Positions 50,237 to 62,850 of a DNA stretch of 64,000 bases are shown piece by piece. A model generated the notes under the pieces. That model ran no database searches. It saw only the letters and a list, made by a program, of their open reading frames with translations, and was not told the DNA's origin. The stretch lies in assembly GCA_035221665.1 (NCBI GenBank), contig CM069151.1, positions 40,238,001-40,302,000 on the forward strand, in the 5' to 3' direction. The stretch is from Okamejei kenojei (lineage: Eukaryota). The first letter of the stretch is position 1, and each line of letters begins with the position of its first letter. Both the position numbers and the translations under genes were made by a program.

Positions 50237-51164
50237 GTAAGGGTCGCAAACTTTAAGCAATTCAATGCAAAAAACAGTCCAGGGTTAGAATAATATATGC
50301 CAGTAACAAGTGAGATGCTTCCACAATCCATCAAGCAACGTTTGGCTGGCAATTTCATGTTGATTTAAAACCTCTGGCTAATTGTCAAATCGCATACTGC
50401 TGTATGCCATCATTAACCCTTTCATCTGACCACACTGGTACTTGGCTTAGCATTCAGGCTGCCCCCGAATGAAATCAGGAGTCACTGTTTAATGAGAGAT
50501 GTGTTACTCACAGTACATCTGTTACTCTGGGAATCTGACTTGAATCCTGGCCCTTTCACTGCTACACGGTGCTTTGCTGGGAATGTGGTGGGAGCCCTTA
50601 CCTCTAACCTTGCTGGGAACCGACAGCAGCTGGTCCATTTTATTTATCCAGTATTTTCTCAACATAAACGTTGGTTTCAGAGGGATGAACTTCCTCTGGA
50701 AAGCCCTAGCTCTCTCTTGGTGCGCATAGCTGTGCGGGTGATCATGGCACCAGCGCTGGGCCTGGCACATTCACTGGCTTTATAGGGGATGGGGAACTGG
50801 TCAAGATAAAGGGCAATCATTTCAGTCTGCATTTAAATCTGGTTAAAGATGTACATCAACAATGTAACATCAATCACTTGACAATCATCAGTCACTGTGG
50901 ATGGAGGGATAATCGATCATTGTGGTGAAGATGAGTCTTGGTGATCTCAGGATTCCCCATTGGTAGAGATGTTTACACCGGTAGACATTTCCCCATTGGT
51001 CGGACTTTGGCCATGCTCAGCCCTCTTGGGGGGCTGCTGTTTACAGGGGAGATACTGGGTCACTTCCCACTGCGCTCACGTGTTACACAATCACATCAGC
51101 TGCTCATAGACGTGTTGAGGAACTGATCAGGATGCAGTTCTGATCGCCCCTCTTACCCAAGCTC

Positions 51165-51400
51165 AATGCCATAGGTAGTGCTGCTGTCCCACAATCCCAG
51201 TGACCTGGGTTCAAACCTGATCCCTGCTGCTGTCTGTGTGGAGTTTTCACATTCACCTTGAAGGTTTCCCTCGGGCACTCCGGTTTCCTCCCTCATCCCT
51301 AAGAGGTGTGGGTTAACTGGCCACTGTACATTGCCTCTGGAGTGTGGCTGAGTGGCGGGAGAAGGAGGGCGAGGTCAATGGGCATGTGAGAGAGCATGGG
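51165..51400 (+). mobile_element. Degraded HE1/V-type SINE
   Basis: gacctgggttcaaacctga..ctgtctgtgtggagttttcacattc..ctccggtttcctcc. Confidence 0.7.
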
Positions 51401-51698
51401 AAGGTAAGAGGGGGTAGAATGGTAAGAATGGCTTCTTTCTGTGACATAAAAACGAAACTAGTGATTCACTTGTGCTGGAGTGCCAGCAGAGTAGAGGGGT
51501 TCATAGCAAGTTCCCAGCACCTAGGATCCTGGTGGAGCAGGGGAAAGGCAACAGTTTGCACCAGATATCCAGCACAACATAGAGCAGTCCAAACCAGATT
51601 CTCTTCAAGGTATGGAGGGATACATATAAGTGTGTGTTCATAGTGAAGGACAAAAGTCCTACAATATATCAGAGGTAAGTGAGCAACCAGTATCTTGT

Positions 51699-51808
51699 GT
51701 AGACAAAAATGCAGGAGAAACTCAAGGGGTGAGGCAGCATCTATGGAGCGAAGGAATGGGTGACATTTCGGGTCTCGATTTTTCCAGCATCTGCAGTTCT
51801 TTCTTAAA
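51699..51808. mobile_element. Penelope-type short element with inverted 5' part and 15-bp TSD
   Basis: TSD caaccagtatcttgt at 51684-51698 and 51809-51823. Confidence 0.85.
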
Positions 51809-52514
51809 CAACCAGTATCTTGTTGTCATTGGCAAACATATCCTCGTTAATGGTTCCCCTTTCATCAGCAACACTCTTTCATGGTCCTTGCTCAGGTGCA
51901 TTGGAGCTTGGATTCACCTGACTTTAAAAACCTTGCTGCAATTCTACTTAATTGCTCCTGGTCTCTGAATAATTTGCCATTAATGTTGATGCCCAGTCTT
52001 GCAGATTGGTGTCAGCAGCATAGGTTATATATTACAGGAATGGCTCTTCTGTGTATTGTGTGTCGCTAATTTAAACGGCAGAGGAGCCCGGTAGAGCTGA
52101 CCTGAGCAATTGCCAACCTTGAATCGCGCTTTCTACTCCAATGGAAAATAAAACAAGTGCGAGGCTTCCCCTCAGTTGTACTGAATTGCTTGGGGGTGAT
52201 TCTGACTCCTGTTCTGTGTATGGCACTGGTAGAATTCACTGTGACAACACACAATCAGTGAATTACCATAGGGCCATAAACAGAGCAGAGAAATAACCAA
52301 ATGCCACAATGCCGACCTTGGAAAAACACCCTTTGGTAGGTGCCACACCCAGGGCCCCGATCAACAGCAGATCAGACCTGGACTATACAACACAACTAGA
52401 TACGATCGACTCTGCAATGCATATTGTTTCCTTATGGAACTGTATCGAGAAGCTGCATTTGTTTACGATTACCCGTTGAGAAACCGTTCTCCAATTTATA
52501 TTTGCTGTCATGCA

Positions 52515-52653
52515 TTCTTCGTCTTGCGTATGGCGTGCACAGCCTAAAGCTGTAGGTCAACTTGTTCTATTTGTTCTATTTGTTTGTGCATGTTGGGTTG
52601 ATTGCACTAGTCGAAACAGGGTGGATCACGTGAAGTTTGCAATCTCCCACCCC
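52515..52653 (-). mobile_element. Short retroelement with 5' HDV-like motif and GAA-type tail (copy 2)
   Basis: Reverse complement aligns end to end with 61019-61159. Imperfect TSD ctgtcatgca / ctgcgatgca. Confidence 0.85.
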
Positions 52654-55339
52654 TCTGCGATGCACTGCACTGCACAGATTAGAGGGTGCACTGTAATGCA
52701 TTTTGAATGAGTTTTCTGCTTTAAAGAGGAAGGGCTTCATAGACGTTTGTATGGGCAAACCTTTCTCATGTCCTCACAACCTAGTGACACAATGATGCAA
52801 TGTATCTGCATGAAGTCATCTTGACTAAGAGAGTGTCCATTGTCCCCAGAATAAATGTTATCAAAGGCCTCGGAATAAACCCTTTAAGTGAGTTACAGGG
52901 TGCATGTAAGTAGCGGTTCATTAACTGGAATGCTTATTATCACTTTTAGTCCTTTTGTGCAAATGACTGCTCCTTTCCCCACAACATGTTGTGCTGCGAT
53001 ATTTATTACATTCAATACCAACGCAAAGCAAATGGGGCAGGTGGGCTCTAACTCCGAATTACCTGCAGAGTTTTTCTGTCACAGAGACTTTTGGTCATTA
53101 TCAATGTGAAAGACTGCAAAATCAGAGCAACGTTTTAAAATGTTTTTCTTAGCAGATTGTTATAAAGTGCAGGGTTTTTACCTGTTTTACAAAATCGAGC
53201 GTTTATTCGCTGCCTGCTCATAGTCGCTAACCGGGGAGGCAATTCTAATCTTTCTCTTCAAAATTAAAGTGTTTCGATCTTTGTTCATGAATGTGAGCCT
53301 GTACATTGAGTAGAAATGGAGAAGGAAGGCAACATACAAAGCAGCCACTGTTACCAGAAGCTGGGTCAGACAATTCCTCCCTGACAGTAGCCCTGCCAAC
53401 CCCACCCAACCCCTCCCCCTGTCCCCAACACAAATAGCCATACCTGTATTCCCTACAGAGGTAGTGTTGTGGACCACAGGAGACAGAGACTGTGGCCAGA
53501 CCTAAAGTCAAGAATCTTTTTTAACGAGCACAGAATTGTTGTAAATGTAGCCAGCAACTGAAAAATCAATTGCAACAAACACGGCAACAGAAATCCCTGC
53601 CAAGACCTGGTTGGACTAAGGCCATGGTTACCAAATCTCTCAAGCTACCAAAAGAGGGAGACAGCATTTCTCCCAATCAGAGGCGTCTGGTAAGTGTTTC
53701 TGTTGGAAAAATAGCACTCAGCACACTTCTCCACGGGAGAAGGAAGGTGATAATATCTTACTTTCATTTAGTGATAGTAGCAGACAAATATTTCACATAT
53801 CTGTACGACAGGTTCTGTCCATTGATTTAAAGAAGGTCATTTACCTGGAATGTTCATGCAACAATAATTGATAATCCACTGATTTTAATGTAAATAATTC
53901 TTATACATTCTTTCCGTATCATCTTCCCCTTGTCCACTTAGTTCCTCTCCTCTAGTCTTGAAGGTACTAAATATTCTGGTAAATCACTCTCACGAGGGTT
54001 CATTAGTTTGTCCAACTGCCCTCTACAAAACCATTGGGCTACTCACAGTTGCATGAAACTATCTGCCCATGAGGGAGGGAGAAGGTATTGAACCAATGGA
54101 TAGTAATTGAGATCAGGCATACAAGAAAGGTTTCCCTTCTCTAACCAAGGAGTCATGAGTCAGCTCTGGAACCCCATACTTCTGTTCTGGATGTCAAAGT
54201 GGCAGGTGTTTGACATGTAAGCTGTTCATGGTCAATACAGAATACCTACTCGCTGAAACCACAGTGGGTTGTAACAATTTCCGTAATAAACTTACCTTTT
54301 ATTTAATACATTTCCATATAAACACCCTCTTTTCTCCTTTAGAACATGAAGAGCATGAATCATTCTCAGTTGCTATGGAATATGTCATCATCTAATATTG
54401 TCAGATTGTCCTTGTTTTTATTTTTTCATCTCTTCTGTTGAGACATGTGTATTGTGGTCCATTGAATATGACCTTGAAATAGTTACTTTTGCAAGGACAA
54501 TAATCTGGTGCAGGAAGACATGGTCTTCTGATAAGGTGGAGCCAACATCAGCAACTCTGTTTCTCAGAGAGATGAAGCCCTTCTGTACAGTAACTGCCAG
54601 GTAGCGCAGAATACACACGTCCCATTGATAGATCCCCTCCAAAGTTTCCTCTCTCTCTGCCTTGCTGAAACACTGTAAAACAAAGTGGTTCAATAAGCCA
54701 AAGGACACATTGAGCAACATTGACCAGAAGCAACTCCATGCCACTGTTCTGCCTGGCTAGATACAGATGGGTTGTGCCGTGAGGGCATGGCAGATAATAA
54801 GGAGGCTGAGCCTCACAGTTGTGAAGCAAGTCAGCTTCACATTGCATCTGCTCTTCCAATTAATTGTACACAACCAGAGCAACTTTGCTGAGTCCTTATG
54901 AAAGCCTTTCTATGAAAACTTTGTCAGTCCGTTGTCTGCTGCAAGAAAGACCAAAGTGTTTTCCACTCAAGAATATCACATATTTGGAAGTTATTCTCAG
55001 ATTTTCTCAATTTGACATGTGCTGTGCTAAAGATAACTGAGCACATGTGCAGGTTTTTGAAAAAACATTTTTCAAAAATTATCCTACTGTCACTTTATAA
55101 TTTTGCCCCCTAACCTTTTGCCACAGGGGTCTCTGGAAAAAATAACAAAGAGGGGAGAACTTTGTCTTTTAGGTTGTTGGTAATGAATGCATGCATGGGG
55201 ACCCTTGCTTTTTATTAATTTTTTGTCATTTGCATGTAACTTGAACAAAGATAAAACTTTCTCCGTGACCAGTGCAGCCCACACTGAATTTGTGTCCATT
55301 GACTCAAGTAGGACGGAAGGTAAGTATTGTGAGTCCCAC

Positions 55340-55610
55340 CATTCAGTGTGGCACAGTGGGTGCAGTTGATAGACCTGCTGCCTCACATGGCCAGAGACCA
55401 GGATTTGATCCTGGCCTTGGGTGCTGTCTGTGTGGATTCCCCTTGTGACCGCGGAGACATCCCAGAGACGTGCGAGTTGTGTTGGTCAATTGGCCTCTGT
55501 AAATTGTCCCCAATGGATATAGAATGGATGTAAAAGTGGGATAACATAGAACTAGTGATCAATATTTGGCCGAAAGGCCTGTTTCCTCGTTGTTTCTTTC
55601 AATCAATCAA
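55340..55610 (+). mobile_element. HE1/V-type SINE
   Basis: gtggcacagtgg A-box-like head, ttgatcctggcc, ggccgaaaggcctgtttcc and (tcaa)n tail. Confidence 0.75.
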
Positions 55611-55999
55611 AAATTGTTGATCACTACTCTCCTAGGTGTTTGGCCACATAGCCAAAGACAAAATTCTTCCCCAAATACTCTAAATCTTTCATTTGGAAGC
55701 TCCCCTAAAAGTCAAAGACCTGCTTGGTGTATGTACCTTGGCACAAGGCTAGTTCTCTTGCCTTTGAATTAGAAAGCTGTGGGTTCAAATTTCAGTTTAA
55801 AAGGCAGAGGCAAGATGTGAAATTAAATATTTTGCTCTGCTTTTACAAGATAGCACATAAGTTGTGGATACATGAGTTAGTATCAATTATTTAAGGCAGA
55901 AATTTTTAGCAAGTAAAATCAAGTCAAGCATCTTGGGCGATATTTTACTTTTAAACCAACTCTCCAAAGCCTGAACCTGAGCCATGACATTGGATTATA

Positions 56000-56207
56000 A
56001 AAAGACACAAAGTGTAGGAGTAATTCAGCAGTCCAGGAGAACATGAATAAATAACGTTTAGGGTTGGGACCCTTCTTCAGACTGTAGTGTCTTGATTGGG
56101 AAAGTCACCTATCCATGTTCTCTTGAGCTGCTACCTGACCATTTGAGTTACTCCAGCACTTTATTTCCTTTTTTGTAAACCAGCATCTGTAGTTCCTTGT
56201 GTCTCCA
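56000..56207. mobile_element. Palindromic Penelope-type short element
   Basis: gggacccttcttcagac core on the minus strand, family arms, and terminus ccagcatctgtagttccttgtgtctc. Confidence 0.75.
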
Positions 56208-57407
56208 TTACATTGAGATACGTTTACAACATTTAGTAGGAATACATGAATCAACTAATTGCATGATATACTACCTCCGTGCCAAGAAAATGTCATCCAA
56301 GTTCTTCAGAGGATTGGAACTGATGAGGATACTTTGGAAAAGAGCTGAGATGGCAGAAAGTAAAGGAATCTCTCCTTTGCCCATTTTGGCACTAGCACAT
56401 TTTTGCTTTTGTATATGGACTTTGAGCAATTATGTGTAGTGCCAATATAGGAAAAGGAAGCACAGCAACCACCATGGTCCTGGGTGAGGATGCGACCCAA
56501 CCCACCACGCAGTGCCTCGGGTGAAATGAGACACCACTGAAAGAAAGACAGAAAGTGAGATGAATCAAGAAGCAAAGGACAAGGGACACCAAACCTGGCC
56601 CCAAAGGTCTGCCGAAGAATGTGGAAGGATGGGCACAATTGGGGAATTGTGGAGAAGATTAGTTTGGGAAGGGGTGCTATGAATAGTTCTGAAAACTGTA
56701 TTTTATCTCTGTTATCCTCCCTGCTCGCTGCAGTGCTGGTGATCATGTTGCCTGCACATTTGTGATCCCACTCTCTGCCGCTTCACTGGTTAATGTTGGC
56801 AAGGCGCCCCTTGTATTTTGTGACCTTGCTCTCTTTCCCCCACTGGTAACTGAGCTGCATCAATGGTATTGATTTTCTTGTCACACTCCTTTTATATCCA
56901 TTATTTCTAATGCTGAACCGTCTGCTTACAGAGACGGGTGCAGGAAGACTTTATGGATTTCTCTCACTGCACCAATGTAGTGCAGGCACTTTATCTGAGG
57001 AGGACTCTTGCCTTGATATAGTGGGAGGAGCGAGTCTCTGGCTGCTTTTGGCAATGGTAGAACTCACACTGGTGAGATAGAGGGATCCGGTGGTTCTAGA
57101 CTTGCCAACTACAGCCAGAGAGCAGAGCACTTCTTCCGACAATGATCAAAGAAGCATATCACTGTGACTTTGTTACAAAGGTGGACAGTAAAATTTAGTA
57201 AGATCTAGGTTGACTTCAGTGTGGGTTGGTACTGCATCTTTGTAGCCAAAACCTTGAAGCTGATGTAACCAAGCTCTACCTGACAAAACTGCAGCAACTC
57301 TGAGAAGGGTTTAAAGGAGGAAAGGTATCTTATGTCGGAGATAACTTAATACATTCTAGTGAGAATTAACCATCAGATACATAACTAAAAATGACAGAAA
57401 TGCAGAA

Positions 57408-57820
57408 ACATAGAAACATAGAAATTAGGTGCAGGAGTAGGCCATTCAGCCCTTCGAGCCTGCACCGCCATTCAATATGATCATGGCTGATCATCCAACT
57501 CAGTATCCCGTACCTGCCTTCTCTCCATACCCTCTGATCCCCTTAGCCACAAGGGCCACATCCAACTCACTCTTAAATATAGCCAATGAACTGGCCTCAA
57601 CTACCCTCTGTGGCAGAGAGTTCCAGAGACTCACCACTCTCTGTGTGAAGAAAGTCTTTCTCATCTCGGTCTTAAAGGATTTCCCCCTTATCCTTAAGCT
57701 GTGACCCCTTGTCCTGGACTTCCCCAACATCGGGAACAATCTTCCTGCATCTAGCCTGTCCAACCCCTTAAGAATTTTGTAAGTTTCTATAAGATCCCCT
57801 CTTAATCTCCTAAATTCCAG
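57408..57820 (-). mobile_element. Young CR1/HER1-type LINE 3' portion
   Basis: ORF 57500-57841 (LEFRRLRGDLIETYKILKGLDRLDAG..) and a tagaaaca tail. Confidence 0.92.
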
Positions 57821-59104
57821 AGAAAGGAAATTGGTTACCAAATCGAAGAATAATGAGGAGAAATTCTCGTTATGTCTTGAATGTTTATGATTACCCGTGT
57901 TTTGTGCAAAGATTCAGTAATCAAGAGTTTGGATAGATGCTTGGAAAGAAAAGATCTTCATTGCTATGGGACAATCTGTCGATCTAATTGGCGGTCGTTA
58001 TAAATTGGCCAGAAAAGATCTTGCAGGAAACCTTGAAGCGTGTCCCACATTGAATGTAATGGCATCAAAATAAAAAGCCAATATTTTGAGTAAACACACG
58101 TAGAGCATGAAATTTCCTTTTCCTGGTGATGCAGATGAACCGTCGCTTCAGCATCGACAGCTGGTTTGACAGGTTGTGATTGTACTTACGTTTATCACAC
58201 AACAAAACCCTCAAGCTCTCATTCTCATCTCTGCCAAACCAATCCTCTCTGTGCTGCTTAGATAGGTCGCCCAACCCTTAAATTTTGTGGGAGAATTTTG
58301 TAATTGTAATGCACAGTTAAGGACTGTTTTGCTAACATGTAGGGCATTTTGCACTTGGGTTTCCTTTGAAAAGGGGAACCTTTAATATTAAAGGTGCTTC
58401 ACAATGACTGCAATTCTCTCTGTACTGAAGTGTTGACAACGTTATAGAAAAACAAACTTCTATTGCGTCACTGGTACAAGTTCATTGAGAAGCGATCAAC
58501 ACTTATTATCACAGTGAACAATGCAGCCAGAATATGTGCTCTTGTTTATTTTTTTTGAACGATTAAGAAGTCTTGTGTTCAATAATCTAGATGTATTAGA
58601 GTGCAGGTTGCGGGGAAATAATGCATCTGTTCATTTAATGAGATGCGTTTGGGTCTTCTTAACTTTTACAATTCTGAGGCTGTTAGGCAGGTGTCGGTTT
58701 GGCCACTGGAGTAATAAGAGGATTAGCAACTTAAATTTAAAAGATTCTGAAAATCAGAAATTGAAACAGAAAAGGGTGGAAATATTGAGTAGGGCAGGCG
58801 GAATCTAACCAACAACCTAAAAAGTTAACTCTGGTTTCTCTCTCCACAGATGCAGCCTGACCTGCTGGTGTTTCCTGCTTTTTTTTGTTTGTTTTTATTC
58901 ATGTAAGTATAGAGATGGGTACACAAGGCAACTGGTGGAAAGCTGAGCTCCAGAGTTCAAGTGAATGCTTTCACCTGGTTATGCAAGCAGATGGCTTTAT
59001 AAATAGGCCCAGTGAGTAGGCAGCCAGTGAGAGCTCCTGCCCATGGCTGCATGTGGTTACTTGTCTTGGCTGGGCCACTGTGCACAGTGATGGCTTTCTT
59101 CTGG

Positions 59105-59415
59105 GGGCCGCCACGGTGGGGCGGTAGAGTTGCTGCCTTGCAGCGCCGGAGACCGGGTTCGATCCCGACTACGGGTCCTGTCTGTACGGAGTTTGTTGAT
59201 TCCCATAACTGTATGGGTTTTCGCCGAGATCTTCGGTTTCCTCCCACACTCCAAAGATGTACAGGTATGTAGGTTAATTGGCTTGGTGTGTGTACAAAAA
59301 CTTGTCCCTAGTGTGTGCAGGATAGTGTTAATGTGCTGGGATCGCTGGTCGGTGCTGACTCGGTCGGCCAAAGGGCCGGTTTCCGCGTTGTGGCTCTAAA
59401 ACACAAACTAAAACT
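59105..59415 (+). mobile_element. HE1/V-type SINE
   Basis: ccacggtggggcggtagagttgctgcc..ccgggttcgatcccgactacggg..ggtttcctcccacactccaaag. Confidence 0.88.
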
Positions 59416-59529
59416 CGTGTCCACTTGTGCTTGCAGATACAGTAACCTCGGCGAGTCTACTACTGACATACATCAATCACGGGCTGGGGTGTGTTTGTAT
59501 GTTAAGGAACACGGAAAAAGACTGCAGTC

Positions 59530-59836
59530 GTTTAGTTTAGTTTAGTTTAGAGATACAGCGTGGAAACAGACCCTTCGGCCCACCAAGTCCGTGTCGAACA
59601 GCGATCCCCGCACATTAACACTGCCTTACACAAACTGGGGATAATTTACACTTGTACCAAGCCAATTCACCTACAAACCTGTACGTCTTTGGAGTGTGGG
59701 AGGCAATCAAAGATCCCGGAGAAACCCCACGCAGGTAACAGGGAGAACATACAAACTCCGTACAGACAGCGCCCGTAGTCGGGATCGGACCCGGGTCTCC
59801 AGCGCTGCGACTCTACCGCTGCGCCACCATGCAGCC
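59530..59836 (-). mobile_element. HE1/V-type SINE, inverted relative to its neighbour
   Basis: (tttag)n tail followed by the reverse complement of the same family. Confidence 0.88.
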
Positions 59837-60052
59837 TTGTACGGCAGAAATATTGCAGGCAGGAATTAACAACTGCTGAACTAGGAATTCTTCAGGGAAT
59901 ACTCCAGTAATCTCATGAAGAGCTAGGTATCGTGGATGATAATGGAATCAAGGTATGGAGACTGGGCGGGAGAGTTGAGGCACCAAGTTAGTCGTTGAAG
60001 GCAGAGCAGCCACAAATCATTCCCAGTCCTGTTACATTCTTAAAATTTACTC

Positions 60053-60236
60053 CACGGGATAGGCAGCATATCTGAATAAAAAAGAACGGGTGACGTTTCT
60101 TTAGTCTGAAGAAGGGTCTCGACCCGAAACGTCACCCATTCCTTCTATCCATTGATGCCGCCTGTCCCGCTGAGTTACTCCAGCATTTTGTGTCTATCTT
60201 CGGTGTAAACCAGTATCTGCAGTTCCTTCCTACACG
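60053..60236 (+). mobile_element. Penelope-type short element with perfect hammerhead-like core and inverted 5' arm
   Basis: TSD cttaaaat(t/g)tactc at 60039-60052 and 60237-60250. CTGAAGAAGGGTCTCGACCCGAAACGTC at 60106-60133. Confidence 0.87.
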
Positions 60237-61018
60237 CTTAAAATGTACTCTGCTGGCTAAATGGGCTGTCTCTGGCGATTGAAGCATCAGACACAAAGAT
60301 CCTGATTTTAGCCACCGTTGGCTAATCTCAGGGTCGTGGTTCTACCAGGTATCACCAGGCAACTTGCCAGCTCCTCCATAGTGAGGAGAGGGTTGAGTTT
60401 GGTTACTTTGCTCCTCCCACACTACACGTATTCTCACCCGTGCCAACTGATCCAGAATGTGCAGGTAATCTTTATCCCACAGGGCAATCAGTGCAGAGTC
60501 AATGCCCTCGTCGAGTTCAATGACTGACATTGACAGTGTGAAGTTGACACTAAATTCCAAAGGCAGTGACCATTGAGAACAGGCCCCAGGAGATTACTGT
60601 TTTGTAAGATTGTGTAGCCTCTTTAAGAAGAATCCTCGTTAATCAACTCCAGGTTCCAAACTAATTTTTAACTAATTAGGCAGTTGTGTGTCAGCGGTAA
60701 TCACAGCTGCTGTGCCCTCACATAGATTACAGGCCGGATGCTTCCTTCTGTTTCTGTTGGAGGTGCCATTATACAGCAAGACTTTGAGAGCAAACTGATG
60801 AGATTTGGAGCTCAGTACCATGACCTCCTATATGTTATGCTCCTCATCATGGAAGATCGTGAGTTAGGGAAGGCTATGTGGATAATCTGGAGCAGGTGAG
60901 TATTAAGGAGGAGGAGGCATTAGATTTCATGGGAATCATAAAGCTTTGATAGAGATCTTTGCTTCTTCCTTAGGTGTAGGTAAGATAACAGAAGCGTGGA
61001 GGATAGCTAATGTTGATC

Positions 61019-61072
61019 GGGGTGGCAGATTGCAACCTTCACGTGGTCCGCCCTGTTTCGACGAATGCAAAC
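61019..61072 (+). ncRNA. Minimal HDV/CPEB3-like ribozyme fold (54 nt, essentially no P4)
   Basis: P1 GGGGTGG/CCGCCCT with G1.U wobble; P2 GATTGCA/TGCAAAC (6 of 7 bp); P3 ACC/GGT; L3 TTCACGT; GT after P1; J4/2 CGAA with the putative catalytic C at 61062. Confidence 0.8.
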
Positions 61073-61159
61073 AACCTGGTGTGCACAATCAAATAAGATC
61101 AAATAGAACAAGTTGTCCTACAACTTTCGGCTGTGCACGCCATACGCAAGAAGAAGAAG
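61019..61159 (+). mobile_element. 141-nt non-autonomous retroelement (Ingi/Vingi-like) with 5' HDV-like motif and (GAA)n tail
   Basis: Perfect TSD aatgttgatc at 61009-61018 and 61160-61169. Ends ..gccatacgcaagaagaagaag. Second copy at 52515-52653. The clade assignment is inference. Confidence 0.88.
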
Positions 61160-61522
61160 AATGTTGATCATTTATTTTAACTGGGCAGCAGGGATAAGCC
61201 AGGTAAACTGCAGACTAGTGAGTATGATGTAGCAGGGACATTACTGGTGAAATGGTAGGATCTAAGTACAATGAGAGCAGATCAGGGATGGGCAGCATAT
61301 AAATTATTTCACACTCATTTGATTGAGTATTTTGTGAATATTTTAACTAAGATCACTGAAGGCAGAGTAGTAGACATTGCCTGCTTGGACTTCAGTAAAG
61401 TATTTGACAAGGTCCCATGTGGTGGGTTGGTCCAGAAGGTCAAGGCACATGGGATCCACGATGAGCTGGCAAATTGGATTCAAAATTGGCTCGGTGATGG
61501 AGACAGAGAGTAGTAATGGATG

Positions 61523-61655
61523 AAGACACAAGGAACAGCTGATGTTGGAAACTTGAGGAAAAAAAACAAAGTGCTGGACTAACTTAGAGGATCAGGCAGC
61601 TTCTCTGGAGAACATGGATAAGTGACGCTTCAGATTGAGACCCTACTTCAGACTG
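61523..61655 (-). mobile_element. Degraded Penelope-type short element
   Basis: agacacaaggaacagctgatgttgg..gtgctggactaact..gagaccctacttcagactga. Confidence 0.65.
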
Positions 61656-62369
61656 ATTTTAGTACTGATATTAGATTCATATTTCAATTAATAATTCAAT
61701 TCCCAGCATGAATTTTCAAAAGTTGAACATATTTTGAAAAATCTTTGACTGTGCGTCTACCCGATCTATTCCTCTCATGATTTTATACACCTGTATAAGA
61801 TCACCCCTCTTGGAGGGCCTGCACTGAGAGGACCTGAGAGAGTCCCAATCCTAAGTTTGTGTTTTTTTGGTTTCTATAGAATCTACATTTGGCAGATACG
61901 ACAGGGAGGGAAACAGGTGGCAGAGCATCGCTTCCATTTGGACGTCGCATGGTCAGTAAGCATTGGTTTAATTATTTGATGTAGGACTTGGTGCCTCTTC
62001 TCATACACACTAACCTGGCAGTGGGGTGGTGGGGAGGAGGAATGGAGAATGGACGTTCACACTCAAATTGCTAAAAACATTGCATCTTCAACCCATTTAG
62101 TTAGCAAAATATCACAGAGTTAGTCCGCTCTTTCTGGGGCTAAAAGAAAATAATGTTGCAGGTGAAGTGATTGCTTCTACATCCTGTCCCGTACACAGAA
62201 TTACATTGTCGTAATACACGGCGCATTCCTGTTCCAATAGATGTAGTCATGATGGAATTGAAAGCACTTTCTCCAAGAGATTAACTGTTACAACTAGGTT
62301 GATAGACAGAACATCGAGCCTCTCTGTGGCTGTCGATAATCAGATTTCGATTTTAACACTGTCAGGATG

Positions 62370-62850
62370 GTGTGATATAGCACACAACACGCACACCAGA
62401 GATGTTAGACAGTGTTCAACACGAGAATAGACACATACATGTTGCATGTACAATATACAAAAAGAGAACACATGTAGCAGTTGAGTTAGACAGGTTGCAA
62501 TAGCAGAAAACACACCTGATGTGTTATATAGTGTACAACATGAAGGCATGGACACAGCTGGTATATGAGACACATATGATAATGTAAGATTTGAGAAAAC
62601 ACACACCACCTGTGTTAGAAGATGTGTTATATACTGCACACAAATGCATTATATAGACAATTTAATGTAGACAGACACACATACCTGTAGAGTTACAGGC
62701 TGCAGTTTCAGGAAACACAGTAGGCGTGTTAGACAGTGTGCCACAGGAAGGCACAAACATCAAGTGTGTTAGAGAGTGTGCAAGAGGAGGACAAACACAT
62801 CAGGTGAGTTAAAGCGATGCTCCAGGTGTGTTAGGCAGTGAGACATGGGA
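62370..62850. repeat. Degenerate tandem repeat, unit about 38-40 bp (caggtgtgttagacagtgt..acacacat)
   Basis: Recurrent gtgttag(a/g)cagtg and acacat words. Confidence 0.65.

Larger units (their letters stand above)
60870..61520 (+). mobile_element. Degraded CR1-type LINE RT fragment (hosts the HDV-type element)
   Basis: EAWRIANV before the insertion. ORF 61271-61513 (VDIACLDFSKVFDKVP..LVQKVKAHGI..NWIQNWL). Confidence 0.85.
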
